Positions 7,503 through 18,023 are shown, counted from the first letter of the stretch. The stretch: DNA of 64,000 nucleotides from an uncultured Candidatus Saccharibacteria bacterium (GCA_964464405.1 CAYXFX010000003.1:6410-70409), one strand, 5' to 3'. Notes: generated from the letters alone by a model not told the origin. Made by a program: numbers and translations.

Positions 7503-9728
7503 ATGCAATCAAAAAAATTTACGACGGAAGTCGGCGACAAAACTTTAACCGCCGAATTTACCGATTTAGCGCACCAAGCAAATGGATCGTGCCTTGTCAC
7601 TTATGGAGGAACCGTGGTTTTAGCAACCGCAGTTCAATCTAAAAACGCGCGCGAAGGAATAGATTTCTTTCCTCTTATGGTTGATTACGAAGAAAAATAT
7701 TACGCGGCAGGAATGATTTTGGGTTCGCGATTTATGAGAAGAGAAGGGAGAGCATCAGACGAAGCAATTTTGGTTTGTCGGCTAATCGACCGAGGCATCC
7801 GCCCGCTTTTTAATCAAAAAACAAGAAACGAAGTGCAAGTCATTGTGCTTGCGCTTACTGTTGACGAAGAAAACGACCCAGACGTTCCCGCAATAATCGC
7901 ATCATCTCTTGCTTTGGGAACTTCAGACATTCCATGGAACGGGCCTTTGGGATCCGTTCGCGTATCTAAAATAGACGGCAAACTTGCCATAAACCCTTCC
8001 TACCTTGAACGCCAAAACGCTGATTTGGATATGGTTATCTGCGGAAAAAACGGAAAAGTCAACATGATTGAAGCGGGAGCAAAAGAAGTTGGGGAAAGCG
8101 ATATGGACGAAGCGTTGGAACTTGCGAGCAAAGAAATAGAAAAGATAATTAAATTCCAAAAAGAGATAATTTCGGAAATCGGAAAGAAAAAAGTTGAAGT
8201 AAAATTAGCTGAAGCTCCGAAGCAGATGGAGGAAATGTTTAAAAAACATATTGCGCGGCGCCTCGAAGACGCAATTTACATAAAAGAAAAATTAAACAGG
8301 TATGAAGCGCTAAACGAGCTTAAAGCCGAGTGGATGGGAGTTTGCGCGGAGCAATTTAAGGAAGTACCGAAAAACATTGTCGATTCTCTTTTTGAAGACA
8401 CGATAAACGATGTCGTACATAAAAACATAATTGAGCAGGAAAAACGGCCCGACGGAAGGGGAGTTAAAGAAATCCGCCCGCTTTTTGCTAAGCACCATAT
8501 TCTACCGCGAACGCACGGCTCGGGAGTTTTTTATAGAGGAGAAACGCATATTCTTTCGGTCGTAACTTTGGGAGCACCTTCAGACGTGCAATTAATCGAA
8601 GGAATGGAAATCCGCACCAAAAAAAGATTCATGCACCATTATAACTTTCCGCCATTTTCAGTAGGCGAAATCAAACCGATGAGAGGCCCTTCGAGGCGCG
8701 ACATAGGCCACGGAGCATTGGGAGAACGCGCGCTTTTTGCAGTCGTTCCCGAATCAAAAGATTTTCCTTACACAATCCGCGTGGTTTCAGAAACGCTTTC
8801 TTCGAACGGTTCCAGCTCCATGGGCTCGGTAACCGCGGCGTCTCTTGCGTTGATGGATGCCGGAGTTCCGATCAAGGGGCCGGTTTCGGGAGCCGCAATG
8901 GGCCTGATGTTGAGCGAAGCGAAATCCGCCTCTGGCGAAATGGAAGATTACCGCTACAAAATTTTAACCGACATACAGGGGCCCGAAGACCATCATGGCG
9001 ACATGGACTTTAAAGTCGCCGGAACCAAAGAAGGAATTACAGCGGTACAAATGGACGTAAAGGTGGACGGCATTCCTCTTAAAATTATGAAAGAAGCGTT
9101 TTTGGACGCCAAAGAAGCGCGATTGAAAATTTTAAAAGTCATCACAGACGAACTTCCTGAACCCAAAAAAGAGTTATCTCCGTATGCTCCGCGAATTCTT
9201 ACAATGAAAATCGACCCGGATAAAATCCGCGATGTTATCGGCCCAGGCGGAAAAATGATTAACGCAATAATTGCCGAAACCGGAGCGGATATTGATATTG
9301 AGCAAGATGGTACAATTTTTATCACCGCACCAAAAGAGGAAGGGCTTAAGGCGGCGGAAGAAAAAATTAAAATGCTTACAAAAGTTTTTGAGATAGGCGA
9401 GTCATTTACGGGAATTGTTACAAGAATTTTTCCGTTCGGAGCAATGGTAGAGTTTGCGCCGAAACAGGAAGGGCTTGTTCATATTTCGGAGCTTGCCCCA
9501 TTCAGAGTAAACCAGGTTACGGATGTGGTTTCCCCTGGGGACGAAGTGCCGGTAAAAATTGTAGGAATAGACGACCAAGGAAGAGTAAACCTCTCAATCA
9601 AGGCGGTAAAGAAACTTGAACTTAAATCAGACGAAGACCGCAAAAACGGCGAAGAAATAGCGCGCAAGCAGGCAAACGAACGCATGCGCCGTGAAAACGG
9701 AAGGGGCGGAAGAGGAGGAAGACGATAA
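7503..9728 (+). CDS. pnp: Polyribonucleotide nucleotidyltransferase
   Basis: RLIDRGIRPLF, HYNFPPFSVGE, SNGSSSM, GDMDFKVAGT, KH and S1 domains; follows rpsO. Confidence 0.98.
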   Translation: MQSKKFTTEVGDKTLTAEFTDLAHQANGSCLVTYGGTVVLATAVQSKNAREGIDFFPLMVDYEEKYYAAGMILGSRFMRREGRASDEAILVCRLIDRGIRPLFNQKTRNEVQVIVLALTVDEENDPDVPAIIASSLALGTSDIPWNGPLGSVRVSKIDGKLAINPSYLERQNADLDMVICGKNGKVNMIEAGAKEVGESDMDEALELASKEIEKIIKFQKEIISEIGKKKVEVKLAEAPKQMEEMFKKHIARRLEDAIYIKEKLNRYEALNELKAEWMGVCAEQFKEVPKNIVDSLFEDTINDVVHKNIIEQEKRPDGRGVKEIRPLFAKHHILPRTHGSGVFYRGETHILSVVTLGAPSDVQLIEGMEIRTKKRFMHHYNFPPFSVGEIKPMRGPSRRDIGHGALGERALFAVVPESKDFPYTIRVVSETLSSNGSSSMGSVTAASLALMDAGVPIKGPVSGAAMGLMLSEAKSASGEMEDYRYKILTDIQGPEDHHGDMDFKVAGTKEGITAVQMDVKVDGIPLKIMKEAFLDAKEARLKILKVITDELPEPKKELSPYAPRILTMKIDPDKIRDVIGPGGKMINAIIAETGADIDIEQDGTIFITAPKEEGLKAAEEKIKMLTKVFEIGESFTGIVTRIFPFGAMVEFAPKQEGLVHISELAPFRVNQVTDVVSPGDEVPVKIVGIDDQGRVNLSIKAVKKLELKSDEDRKNGEEIARKQANERMRRENGRGGRGGRR

Positions 9729-9809
9729 AAATTTCAAGAAAAAAATAAATAAGGCAATATTTTTTCCGGCTTTGTTAATATTAACATCAAAAAATGCTAA
9801 AATTAGCAT

Positions 9810-10676
9810 ATGATAGATGATAAAAAGCCTGAATTGCCAAAACTTAGGACATTCAAGTCCGACGCCGAAATTTTTACGAACAAAAAGAAAATTTCTGAAT
9901 TTGATATAAAAAAAACGGCCTATTTAGAACAAAAGGAAGACCGACTTGTACGCTACCGGCCTGGCATTTCCATCTTCATGAAAATCGTAATCGCTGCGGC
10001 CGTAGCTCTAGTTATCGGGGGAGGGGGATATTTCGGATACCGATATTTGCTTAGCAAACCTGCGGTAAAAACTCCGGAAAAAGCAAAACCTCCCGCACAA
10101 ATTGTTAAGGCAGATGACGAAAAAATTATTACATTTAATATCGTAAACCCAGGCACCTTGATTTCATATTTAATTAGCGAAAAAGAAAAAAATTTACGGC
10201 CCGGTTCGATTGTAAATTTTCCGATAGAAGCTGTTGTGGAAACCGGCGAAATTAAATTTATTGACTCTAAAAAAATAGCTGAGGCGCTTTCTTGGAATGC
10301 TCCGTTAAGTTTCATCGAAAATCTCTCGGGAGAATTTAATGCATTAATGATCTACGGAGAGTATTCACATGATTTTTCATTGATAATGAAAGTTAATAAC
10401 TTTGACACCGCCATTTCTTCGCTAATTTCGTGGGAACGAACTATGTGGCCGCCGTGGAAACCGTTTTTTTCTGCAGACGATGTTGAAAACGTCCATAATT
10501 TTACTTTTGTAGACGAAATAATTGAAAATAACGACGCGAGAATTTTTAAAAATAAAGAAACAGGAAAAGTTATTTTAGGATACAGCATTTTTAATAAACA
10601 GTATGTAATTTTCTCAACATCGCGCGAGGGCTTAAAACTAATTCTTTCGCGTCTTGTATCCTTGCCACCCAGATAG
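9810..10676 (+). CDS. Hypothetical single-pass membrane protein
   Basis: 288 aa with one hydrophobic segment near residue 60. Confidence 0.7.
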   Translation: MIDDKKPELPKLRTFKSDAEIFTNKKKISEFDIKKTAYLEQKEDRLVRYRPGISIFMKIVIAAAVALVIGGGGYFGYRYLLSKPAVKTPEKAKPPAQIVKADDEKIITFNIVNPGTLISYLISEKEKNLRPGSIVNFPIEAVVETGEIKFIDSKKIAEALSWNAPLSFIENLSGEFNALMIYGEYSHDFSLIMKVNNFDTAISSLISWERTMWPPWKPFFSADDVENVHNFTFVDEIIENNDARIFKNKETGKVILGYSIFNKQYVIFSTSREGLKLILSRLVSLPPR

Positions 10677-10735
10677 TTTCGTGCTATTATATTTACGGAT
10701 AAATTTCCCTAAATTCAAGGAAGGAGAAATTCCCC

Positions 10736-11659
10736 ATGAAAGTTTATGTCGTTCATAAAAACAAAAAGGTTGCAGAATTTTTATGTTCGCTTTTAGAAGA
10801 ATGGGGTTATGACCCGTTGGATCTAGTGAGCTTGATTGTCAGTCCAACTGATAGGCGGTGGGACACGATTGTCACGGTAGACATTTGTAATTATATAAAA
10901 AAAATGGAAAACGACGCGCCGCCAGTAGTTCTTATTGATTTATCAATAAGAGGCAGTACTTGGCTTAGCATGGCGTTAACAGCAATGGTCGCGCAACCAG
11001 CCCAGATTATTTTTATCGCCCACAGAGAAACGGATCCGATCGCTATCAATTTTCATGATCGTATTTACGGAAATATATTGCCTGTGCTTTCGGAGGCGGA
11101 GATTTTTAGCAGCATGGAAATTTTCGCTCTAAAATCTTTGCTCCATGGGGCAAAGAAGACAATAGATATTATCGAGAAAGCAAAAAAAGACTATGTAACA
11201 CGATTGCCGAACGTAGAAGAAACGGACAGGCTTCTCGAGATAATTTTTAGACAAAACAAACAAATGTCCGTAATAATAATTGATATCGATAATTTCAAGT
11301 ACTTAAATGATACGTGCGGCCACGAAGCAGCGGATGAAGTTTTGAGATGGGTTGGGAAAAGAATAAGGAGAGCGGTAAGACCGCAGGATTTGGTTGGAAA
11401 ATATAAGAAGGGCGACGAATTTTTAGTGGCAATCTCTAATTTTTTACCCAAAGAAGAAATTGAGAAAATGACGGAGCGCATAAAAGCCGCTGTTATCCGG
11501 CCAATCAAAGTTAGAAGGAGAAAAGAACCCATCATCGCTGAAATTTCGGCAGGTTACGCAAGCAAAGAAAAAAACAAATCTCTAGGGTCTTTGAAAGAGG
11601 ATGCGGATAAAAACATGCTTCAAGAAAAAGCACTAAAAGGTCACGTGATAGTTATATAA
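10736..11659 (+). CDS. GGDEF-domain protein with variant KGDEF motif and receiver-like N-terminus
   Basis: DIDNFKYLNDTCGH..D, RPQD I-site, KKGDEF, ISAG; own promoter (TTGCCA-17-TATTAT, 10662-10690) and SD. Confidence 0.82.
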   Translation: MKVYVVHKNKKVAEFLCSLLEEWGYDPLDLVSLIVSPTDRRWDTIVTVDICNYIKKMENDAPPVVLIDLSIRGSTWLSMALTAMVAQPAQIIFIAHRETDPIAINFHDRIYGNILPVLSEAEIFSSMEIFALKSLLHGAKKTIDIIEKAKKDYVTRLPNVEETDRLLEIIFRQNKQMSVIIIDIDNFKYLNDTCGHEAADEVLRWVGKRIRRAVRPQDLVGKYKKGDEFLVAISNFLPKEEIEKMTERIKAAVIRPIKVRRRKEPIIAEISAGYASKEKNKSLGSLKEDADKNMLQEKALKGHVIVI

Positions 11660-11727
11660 TGCCGGCTTTTACGCTGGTGTTTTTTTATTTTTGACTAAAA
11701 AAATTAATAGTGTAAAATTAATAAATT

Positions 11728-12087
11728 ATGCCAATAGACTTAGATTATTTAAAAAAACAATTACTAGACGAGAAGACGAAAATTGAAGGGGAACTTTCTG
11801 TAATCGCCTCTAGAAATCCGGAAGCGCCGGAAGATTGGAATGTAAAATTTCCTGACATGAATGTAGAACAAGCCGACAAAAACGAGGCCGCAGACCAAGA
11901 AGAAGAAATGGAAAACCGCGTAAGCATTGAAGCGGGGCTTGAGGCTCGGCTTCGAGACATAAACGAAGCGCTTCAAAAAATGAACGATGGAAAATATGGA
12001 AAATGCACAATTGGAGGAGAAGAAATAGATGAGGCACGGCTCCGAGCAAACCCCGCCGCAGTAAATTGCATCGAACATTCATCTTAA
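11728..12087 (+). CDS. DksA/TraR-family protein
   Basis: DKNEAAD coiled-coil tip and YGKC..GGEEIDEARLRANP...C. Confidence 0.8.
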   Translation: MPIDLDYLKKQLLDEKTKIEGELSVIASRNPEAPEDWNVKFPDMNVEQADKNEAADQEEEMENRVSIEAGLEARLRDINEALQKMNDGKYGKCTIGGEEIDEARLRANPAAVNCIEHSS

Positions 12088-12132
12088 AAAGATTCTATTC
12101 GTATATTAGTACTTATTCGTAATTAGTATTTT

Positions 12133-12717
12133 ATGTTTCAAATAGATAAAAAATTTCCCGATTTCGCGTTAGAAATTTATAATCCAGAAAACAAAGACGT
12201 CGGCAAAATAAAATTAAATGATTTCGCAGGCGGGTGGTTAATTTTGTTTTTTTATCCAGCGGACTTTACTTTTGTATGCCCGACAGAACTTTTGGATATA
12301 AATCGCAAAATAGAAGGCTTTAAAAAACTTAACGCGGAAATTGTTTCTGTTTCAACCGATACAGTTTTCACCCATAAGGCATGGCTTGAAACAGAAGAAC
12401 TTCTAAAAGATATAAAATATAAAATGGCTGCCGACCACAACGGCAAATTTTCACGTGAATTGGGAATATACGACGAAGAAATCGGCATGGCTCAGCGCGC
12501 GGTATTTATTGTGGATCCCGAAGGAATTTTGCGAAGCGCCCAGATTGTAGCGGACGCAATCGGAAGAAACGCTTCCGAAATTTTACGCCAGCTTAAAGCA
12601 TTAGATTTCGTAAAAAATAATCCCGGACATGTCTGCCCCGCAAGCTGGGACGAAGGCGCTCAAACCTTAGAGCCACATGTCTCAAAAGCCGGCAGGGTGT
12701 ATAAAGAATTGAAATAG
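12133..12717 (+). CDS. ahpC: 2-Cys peroxiredoxin
   Basis: FFYPADFTFVCPTE and VCPASW. Confidence 0.93.
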   Translation: MFQIDKKFPDFALEIYNPENKDVGKIKLNDFAGGWLILFFYPADFTFVCPTELLDINRKIEGFKKLNAEIVSVSTDTVFTHKAWLETEELLKDIKYKMAADHNGKFSRELGIYDEEIGMAQRAVFIVDPEGILRSAQIVADAIGRNASEILRQLKALDFVKNNPGHVCPASWDEGAQTLEPHVSKAGRVYKELK

Positions 12718-12783
12718 TTTTATCATATATCAATTTTGGTAAAGGTGTTTACTTTAATGAAGCACCGATGGTAAAGTCTCATC

Positions 12784-14307
12784 ATGGCTATAAAACTGCA
12801 TTCTGCGGAAGTTGTTGGGTTATCTGGCAAAATCATTGACGTAGAAATTGATTTATCTCCCGGGCTTTTTAGTTTCTCTATTGTCGGGCTTGCGGACAAA
12901 GCGGTTGCCGAATCCAAAGAAAGGATTTCGGCCGCGATAAAAAACTTGGGGGCAAAATCCCCGCAGAAAAAAAATCAGCGCGTGGTGGTTGCCTTAGCAC
13001 CCGCAGACTTAAAAAAAGAAGGCCCTGTTTTTGACTTGGCTATTGCGCTTGCATATTTACTCGCCTCAAAACAAACAAAATTTGATCCGAAAGGAAAATT
13101 GTTTTTGGGGGAGTTGGCTTTAGATGGCGCACTCCGCCCAGTAAAAGGAATGTTGGCGCTTGCGGAAGAAGCGCGTCGCGCCGGTTTTAAAGAAATTTTT
13201 GTCCCATTTGGTAATGGGGCCGAAGCGGCACTGATCGACGGAGTAAAAGTTTACGAGGCAAAATCTCTCGAAGACTTAATAGAACATCTGGAAGAAAAAG
13301 TTTTAATTAAAGAAACTCCTAAAACAAAACTCAATTTATTTACGCCAGATTCTCTGCTCGATTTTTCAGATGTAAAAGGCCAGGAATCGGCAAAAAGAGG
13401 ATTGGAAATTGCAGCCGCCGGATCGCATAATGCGCTGATGGTTGGAAGTCCGGGAACCGGGAAAACCATGCTTGCCCGCGCGTTTGCCGGCATTCTTCCT
13501 GCGCTTTCGAAAGAGGAAGCGCTTGAAGTTACAAAAATACATTCAATCGCGGGGGCTTTACATGAAGATAAATCCATACTTTTAGAGCGCCCTTTTAGAA
13601 ACCCGCACCATACGTCTTCCTATGTTTCTTTAATCGGAGGAGGCGCGTTTCCTAAGCCGGGAGAAATTACATTGGCCCACAGAGGAGTGCTTTTTCTGGA
13701 CGAATTTCCCGAGTTTGAAAGAAGAGTGATTGAAGCCCTGCGCCAGCCGTTGGAAGATAAGGTAGTGACAGTTTCGCGAGCAAAGGCAACTCTAAATTTT
13801 CCCGCACAAATCATGATGATACTTGCGATGAACCCATGCCCTTGCGGGAATCTGGGATCCGCTAAAGCTTGCGTTTGCAACTCAAATTCGATAAACAAAT
13901 ACCAAAGAAAAATTTCCGGGCCGATTGTGGATAGAATTGATCTTTGGCTTGGAGTATACGGAATTGACCACAAAAAACTAGAAGATGAATCGATAAGGAC
14001 TGAAACTTCTAAAGAAATAAGAAAAAGAGTGGAACGCGCAAGAGATATACAAAACAAAAGATTTTCCGGCTCGAAATTATTAACAAATTCTGAAATGTCC
14101 GCACGCGATATTAAAAAATATTGCGCGCTAGACAACGAGTCAAAATCGATTTTACAGCAAGCTGCCGCGCGGCTAGATCTTTCGCCCCGAAGCTACCACC
14201 GCGTAATAAAACTCTCGCGAACAATCGCAGACTTAGAAGGTGCACGGGACATAAAAAAAGAGCATCTTTTGGAAGCTCTTCAATATAGACCGAAATCGTT
14301 GATTTAA
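12784..14307 (+). CDS. comM: ComM/YifB Mg-chelatase-like AAA+ ATPase
   Basis: LAPADLKKEG, GSPGTGKTM, PHHTSS, LAHRGVLFLDEFPEF, MNPCPCG. Confidence 0.93.
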   Translation: MAIKLHSAEVVGLSGKIIDVEIDLSPGLFSFSIVGLADKAVAESKERISAAIKNLGAKSPQKKNQRVVVALAPADLKKEGPVFDLAIALAYLLASKQTKFDPKGKLFLGELALDGALRPVKGMLALAEEARRAGFKEIFVPFGNGAEAALIDGVKVYEAKSLEDLIEHLEEKVLIKETPKTKLNLFTPDSLLDFSDVKGQESAKRGLEIAAAGSHNALMVGSPGTGKTMLARAFAGILPALSKEEALEVTKIHSIAGALHEDKSILLERPFRNPHHTSSYVSLIGGGAFPKPGEITLAHRGVLFLDEFPEFERRVIEALRQPLEDKVVTVSRAKATLNFPAQIMMILAMNPCPCGNLGSAKACVCNSNSINKYQRKISGPIVDRIDLWLGVYGIDHKKLEDESIRTETSKEIRKRVERARDIQNKRFSGSKLLTNSEMSARDIKKYCALDNESKSILQQAAARLDLSPRSYHRVIKLSRTIADLEGARDIKKEHLLEALQYRPKSLI

Positions 14308-14324
14308 AAAAATGGACTAGCCTG

Positions 14325-14711
14325 TCAAACAGTGGGCAATCCAGTTCCGCCGGCCACCTCGTGTGCTCTGCCGTGCACATAACTACTGACCACGGAAAAG
14401 GCATTGCGATATTCCGGCGACTGCCAGAGATACTCGTATGCCGCTTCAACAAAAGCTGCTTTTAGATCATTCGAAGTTACAAAAAAGACATCTGGTTTCA
14501 TGTTTGAATACCGACGTTCGCTTGAAAGTACGCTCTTCAGGATCAGCAACTTGCATTGAGCGTCGGTAGAGAAATCCTTTTGTAACCGCTTTTCGTATTC
14601 TTCTTTTTTTTTCGAAAGTTGTGCCAACAAATTTTTGTCACTTTTGTCAATAAAAATGTGCGTGTAAGATGGCATACTAGCCCCCCTTCTTTTTCCATTT
14701 ACTGTCGTCAA
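14325..14711 (-). CDS. Hypothetical protein with its own promoter
   Basis: 128-aa ORF; minus-strand TTGACA-17-TATAGT at 14790-14818 and GGAGG SD. Confidence 0.55.
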   Translation of the reverse strand: MTTVNGKRRGASMPSYTHIFIDKSDKNLLAQLSKKKEEYEKRLQKDFSTDAQCKLLILKSVLSSERRYSNMKPDVFFVTSNDLKAAFVEAAYEYLWQSPEYRNAFSVVSSYVHGRAHEVAGGTGLPTV

Positions 14712-14868
14712 TTATGTGCCACGCCACTCCTCCTGCTTTTTGATATGTTTACCGGTCAACCCCCGTGTGAAAAAATATTATCTATGGTAACTATACATCT
14801 TTAAATTGTCTTTGTCAAATCACAGTCATTGTGTCCTTCTCCCGGGGTTTTTTTGATATAATGAACGC

Positions 14869-15843
14869 ATGAACACCAAATATGTTACCGGCTTAATTTT
14901 AGTAGCCATAGGCGGGGCTACAGTTTGGTTTTATTTAAACGACCTTCAGTTTCAATCAGCCGAAAAACAACAGCCATCCGAAGACGATCAAATTTTAACA
15001 ATTGCCGAACCGTTCGGGAAAAACCCGATGTTTGGTCCGCTATACGAATCTGCGGATAAGGAATATGGCACTTTAATAAGATTTTTGGCCTCAAAACTGG
15101 AAAGTTACGGCATTAAAGAAGGAAAATTTATTGCAGTAGAAAATTCGTATGAAGCAAGCTTGTTGCTTAGGCAAGGAAAACTAGATATTTACGTAGACAG
15201 TCCATTTCCGGCATACATTGTCGCGAAACTTACGGGAGCAGAACCTTTAGTAAACAGATGGAAAAGGGGGCAAGAAAAATATCACAGCAATATTTTTGTA
15301 AAAAAAAGTAGTGCCATTAAAACACTTGACGATCTGAAAGGCAAAATGATGGTTTTTGACAAACCGGACTCTACTTCAGCATATTTTCTCCCGAAAGCTG
15401 AACTTATTAAGCGTGGATACAAAATGACACAAAAATCAGGACCGAGAGATTCGACGTCCTTAGACGAAATAGGATATTATTTCGCCGGAAGTGATGTAAA
15501 AGCAATGGAAGATATGCAAAATGGAGTTGCGGCTGCGAGCGCGCAAAATGACGCCGATTTTAAAACTTTAGCAGGAGATCAGGCAGGAGATTACCGGTTT
15601 ATTTTTTCAACAGTCGATGTATTTCGACATGTTTTAGTTTTACGCCCGGGCATTGATCCTAAGTTAAAAGAAACAATTAAACAAATCTTGCTTGACATGG
15701 ATAAAGATCCTGAAGGCCAAAAGGTGCTTAATGATCACAAAAAAACCAAAAAATTCGAGGAATTTAAGCCAAGCGTTGCTGAAGCCTTTAGGGGCATAGC
15801 GGAGCTTTCTTCACTCGTCGAAAAAGAAATTATCGGACAATAG
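14869..15843 (+). CDS. Phosphate/phosphonate-type (PhnD-like) solute-binding protein, membrane anchored
   Basis: YHSNIFVKK, LDDLKGK, STSAYFLPKAEL. Confidence 0.82.
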   Translation: MNTKYVTGLILVAIGGATVWFYLNDLQFQSAEKQQPSEDDQILTIAEPFGKNPMFGPLYESADKEYGTLIRFLASKLESYGIKEGKFIAVENSYEASLLLRQGKLDIYVDSPFPAYIVAKLTGAEPLVNRWKRGQEKYHSNIFVKKSSAIKTLDDLKGKMMVFDKPDSTSAYFLPKAELIKRGYKMTQKSGPRDSTSLDEIGYYFAGSDVKAMEDMQNGVAAASAQNDADFKTLAGDQAGDYRFIFSTVDVFRHVLVLRPGIDPKLKETIKQILLDMDKDPEGQKVLNDHKKTKKFEEFKPSVAEAFRGIAELSSLVEKEIIGQ

Positions 15844-15852
15844 TCTGCCCAA

Positions 15853-16767
15853 TTGTTTTCAAACTTTTTTACAAATCTCTCCATCCGAAACAAACTTCTT
15901 TTCGGATTTTCGATCGTTGTTTTATTTTTTCTTTTTTTTGCCGGATACTTTTTAAGGTCAGTAAATAATCTAAACAAAACCTTTGACGATCTGGAGCGTC
16001 AATATAAAATTCTTAGCGCCTTGTCGATTCTTCAACTAAGCAACAACAAATTTGCCAACAACGCCAAAGCTTATATTTTAACGAATGACAAAAAATGGGA
16101 AGATGCTTATGACGAAGCGCTGATCCAGTATGATTTGGCTTTAAATGAATTTTATGCAATTGAAACAAATGGCGAAATTCAGTCTCAAGTTAAAAGATTT
16201 GCGTTTCTTATTTCGCAACTTAAAGGCACCGAACTCTTGATTCTTTCTAAAGTCAGGAGCGGCGAGACTGAAAATGCGAAATCTCTTTTTGACTTAAATT
16301 ATGAACAACGGCAAAATGAAGCCTCGCGGCTTATTTTAGATACAGTTGAAGACAAATTTAGCGACGTTACTTCGAAATTCAATTCCGGGCATAACATTGT
16401 AAAAAAAGCGAGAAACACCCTGCTAACTTTGTTTGCGGTAGCAACGGTTGGACTGCTGCTATTATCCTTTTGGATTTCTTCATTCATTTCCGAGCCCATT
16501 AAAGAATTGGCTGAAACAATCAAAAAAATAGCAGACGGAGATTTAAAGATTCGTGCAAGAGTTTCCTCAAAAGACGAGGTAGGCATTCTTGCATCCGATC
16601 TAAACGAAATGACAAAACGCATGGAAAAATCATATCAAGATTTGGAAGAAAAAGTCCGAATTCGCACGAAAGATCTGGAAGATAAAGTAACGGAGCTTGA
16701 AAATCTAAGGGAAACAATGATAAAAACCGTAGAAACTCTGGAAAAAATAAAAGAAAAAGATCAGTGA
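15853..16767 (+). CDS. Two-TM sensor-like protein with HAMP and S-helix, no catalytic domain
   Basis: SIRNKL-TM, helical extracellular domain, TM, PIKELAE..DEVGILA..LNEM, LEEKVRIRT, then stop. Confidence 0.8.
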   Translation: MFSNFFTNLSIRNKLLFGFSIVVLFFLFFAGYFLRSVNNLNKTFDDLERQYKILSALSILQLSNNKFANNAKAYILTNDKKWEDAYDEALIQYDLALNEFYAIETNGEIQSQVKRFAFLISQLKGTELLILSKVRSGETENAKSLFDLNYEQRQNEASRLILDTVEDKFSDVTSKFNSGHNIVKKARNTLLTLFAVATVGLLLLSFWISSFISEPIKELAETIKKIADGDLKIRARVSSKDEVGILASDLNEMTKRMEKSYQDLEEKVRIRTKDLEDKVTELENLRETMIKTVETLEKIKEKDQ

Positions 16768-16787
16768 TCGAAGTTCGACTTCAATCA
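16765..16787. repeat. Palindrome family C between convergent genes
   Basis: TGATCGAAGTTCGACTTCAATCA. Confidence 0.8.
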
Positions 16788-16800
16788 GTACTGATTTCAG

Positions 16801-17799
16801 CTAGAACGGATTCTTTGCTCCTCTTACCTCAAAATGAACATGGCACCCGCTTGAGTTGCCTGTGCTTCCGATAGCCCCGACCACCGCCCCTTGGCTAACA
16901 ATTTGCCCTGGCACAACATAAACAGAGCTCATGTGAGAATATAATGTTTGTGTCCCGTTAGGATGGATTATGACAATATATTTTCCGTACCCTCCGTTCC
17001 AGCCCGTGCTTCTTGCAATAAGTACAGTACCCGCAGCAGAAGCAAAAATCTGTGTTCCACAGCTGTCTGCTAGATCAACTCCGTTAAAACCATGGATGCC
17101 TTGCGTTTTTCTGCCTGCCAAAATTGGCCTTATATAATAACCGATAATTTCCGGTCCTCCTCCGCCCCTATAAACATTTTTCGTTCCTGAAGATTTGGGT
17201 GGTGCGCTTGGGATCTCAATTTCGGCATCGGGAATAATTATTGTAGAACCAACTTCCAAAAATCCATCTTGTAAAAGTCCGTTGAAGGTCATAATTTCTT
17301 CGGCATCGCTTTTGAATTTTTTTGCTAATGATTTCACAGTATCTCCCTTTTTTACCTCATACTGTATTCCAGATATCGGCAAAATTACAAGAACATCTCC
17401 CGTTTTGATAAGCGCGCCCTTTTTCAAATTGTTCGCCCAATAAATTGTATTTACATTTATTCCAAACATGTCCGCGATTTTGGATAAATTATCTCCCCCT
17501 CGCACAGTATACGTCGTAATTTGGTCCAGCTTATAAAGATCCGATTCAGCCACACTTCCCAAGGGCCCTACAACCGGCATAAGAGCTGATCCGTCAACAT
17601 AATTAATTTGAGGCCCCCCGGTGCCATTAAGGTCGAGCGCTTGCGGCGCATTTAATAAAGGGACATTCTGGGAATTATAAGGAACTTCCTCTTTTCCACC
17701 CCCAAAAAAGTTTTCTAAAAAAGAAAGAAGCCCCGCATGAGCCTCTTTTGTAAAAGCATTCAAAATAAACACGACGAAAAGAAGCCCGCACACGGGCAA
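16801..17799 (-). CDS. LysM + M23 peptidase
   Basis: Two LysM repeats, HGFNGVDL, YSHM, HVHFEV. Confidence 0.92.
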   Translation of the reverse strand: MPVCGLLFVVFILNAFTKEAHAGLLSFLENFFGGGKEEVPYNSQNVPLLNAPQALDLNGTGGPQINYVDGSALMPVVGPLGSVAESDLYKLDQITTYTVRGGDNLSKIADMFGINVNTIYWANNLKKGALIKTGDVLVILPISGIQYEVKKGDTVKSLAKKFKSDAEEIMTFNGLLQDGFLEVGSTIIIPDAEIEIPSAPPKSSGTKNVYRGGGGPEIIGYYIRPILAGRKTQGIHGFNGVDLADSCGTQIFASAAGTVLIARSTGWNGGYGKYIVIIHPNGTQTLYSHMSSVYVVPGQIVSQGAVVGAIGSTGNSSGCHVHFEVRGAKNPF

Positions 17800-18023
17800 A
17801 AGCGCTTTTTTATAGTTTTGAATATTTAAAATAGTGTTTAAAACTGACTAAAATTCTAAGTAAAAATTCATCTCATGTTGGATAAAAAGTCCATATTTTA
17901 AGCCATTTTTTATCCATTTGCTCCAAATTCGACCAGTACCAACAGACTAACAAATTTCGGAGAAAGGAGCAACCGAGATATCCACTTCTGTGCAAAACAT
18001 GTGGAATCCATTATCATACCCCT

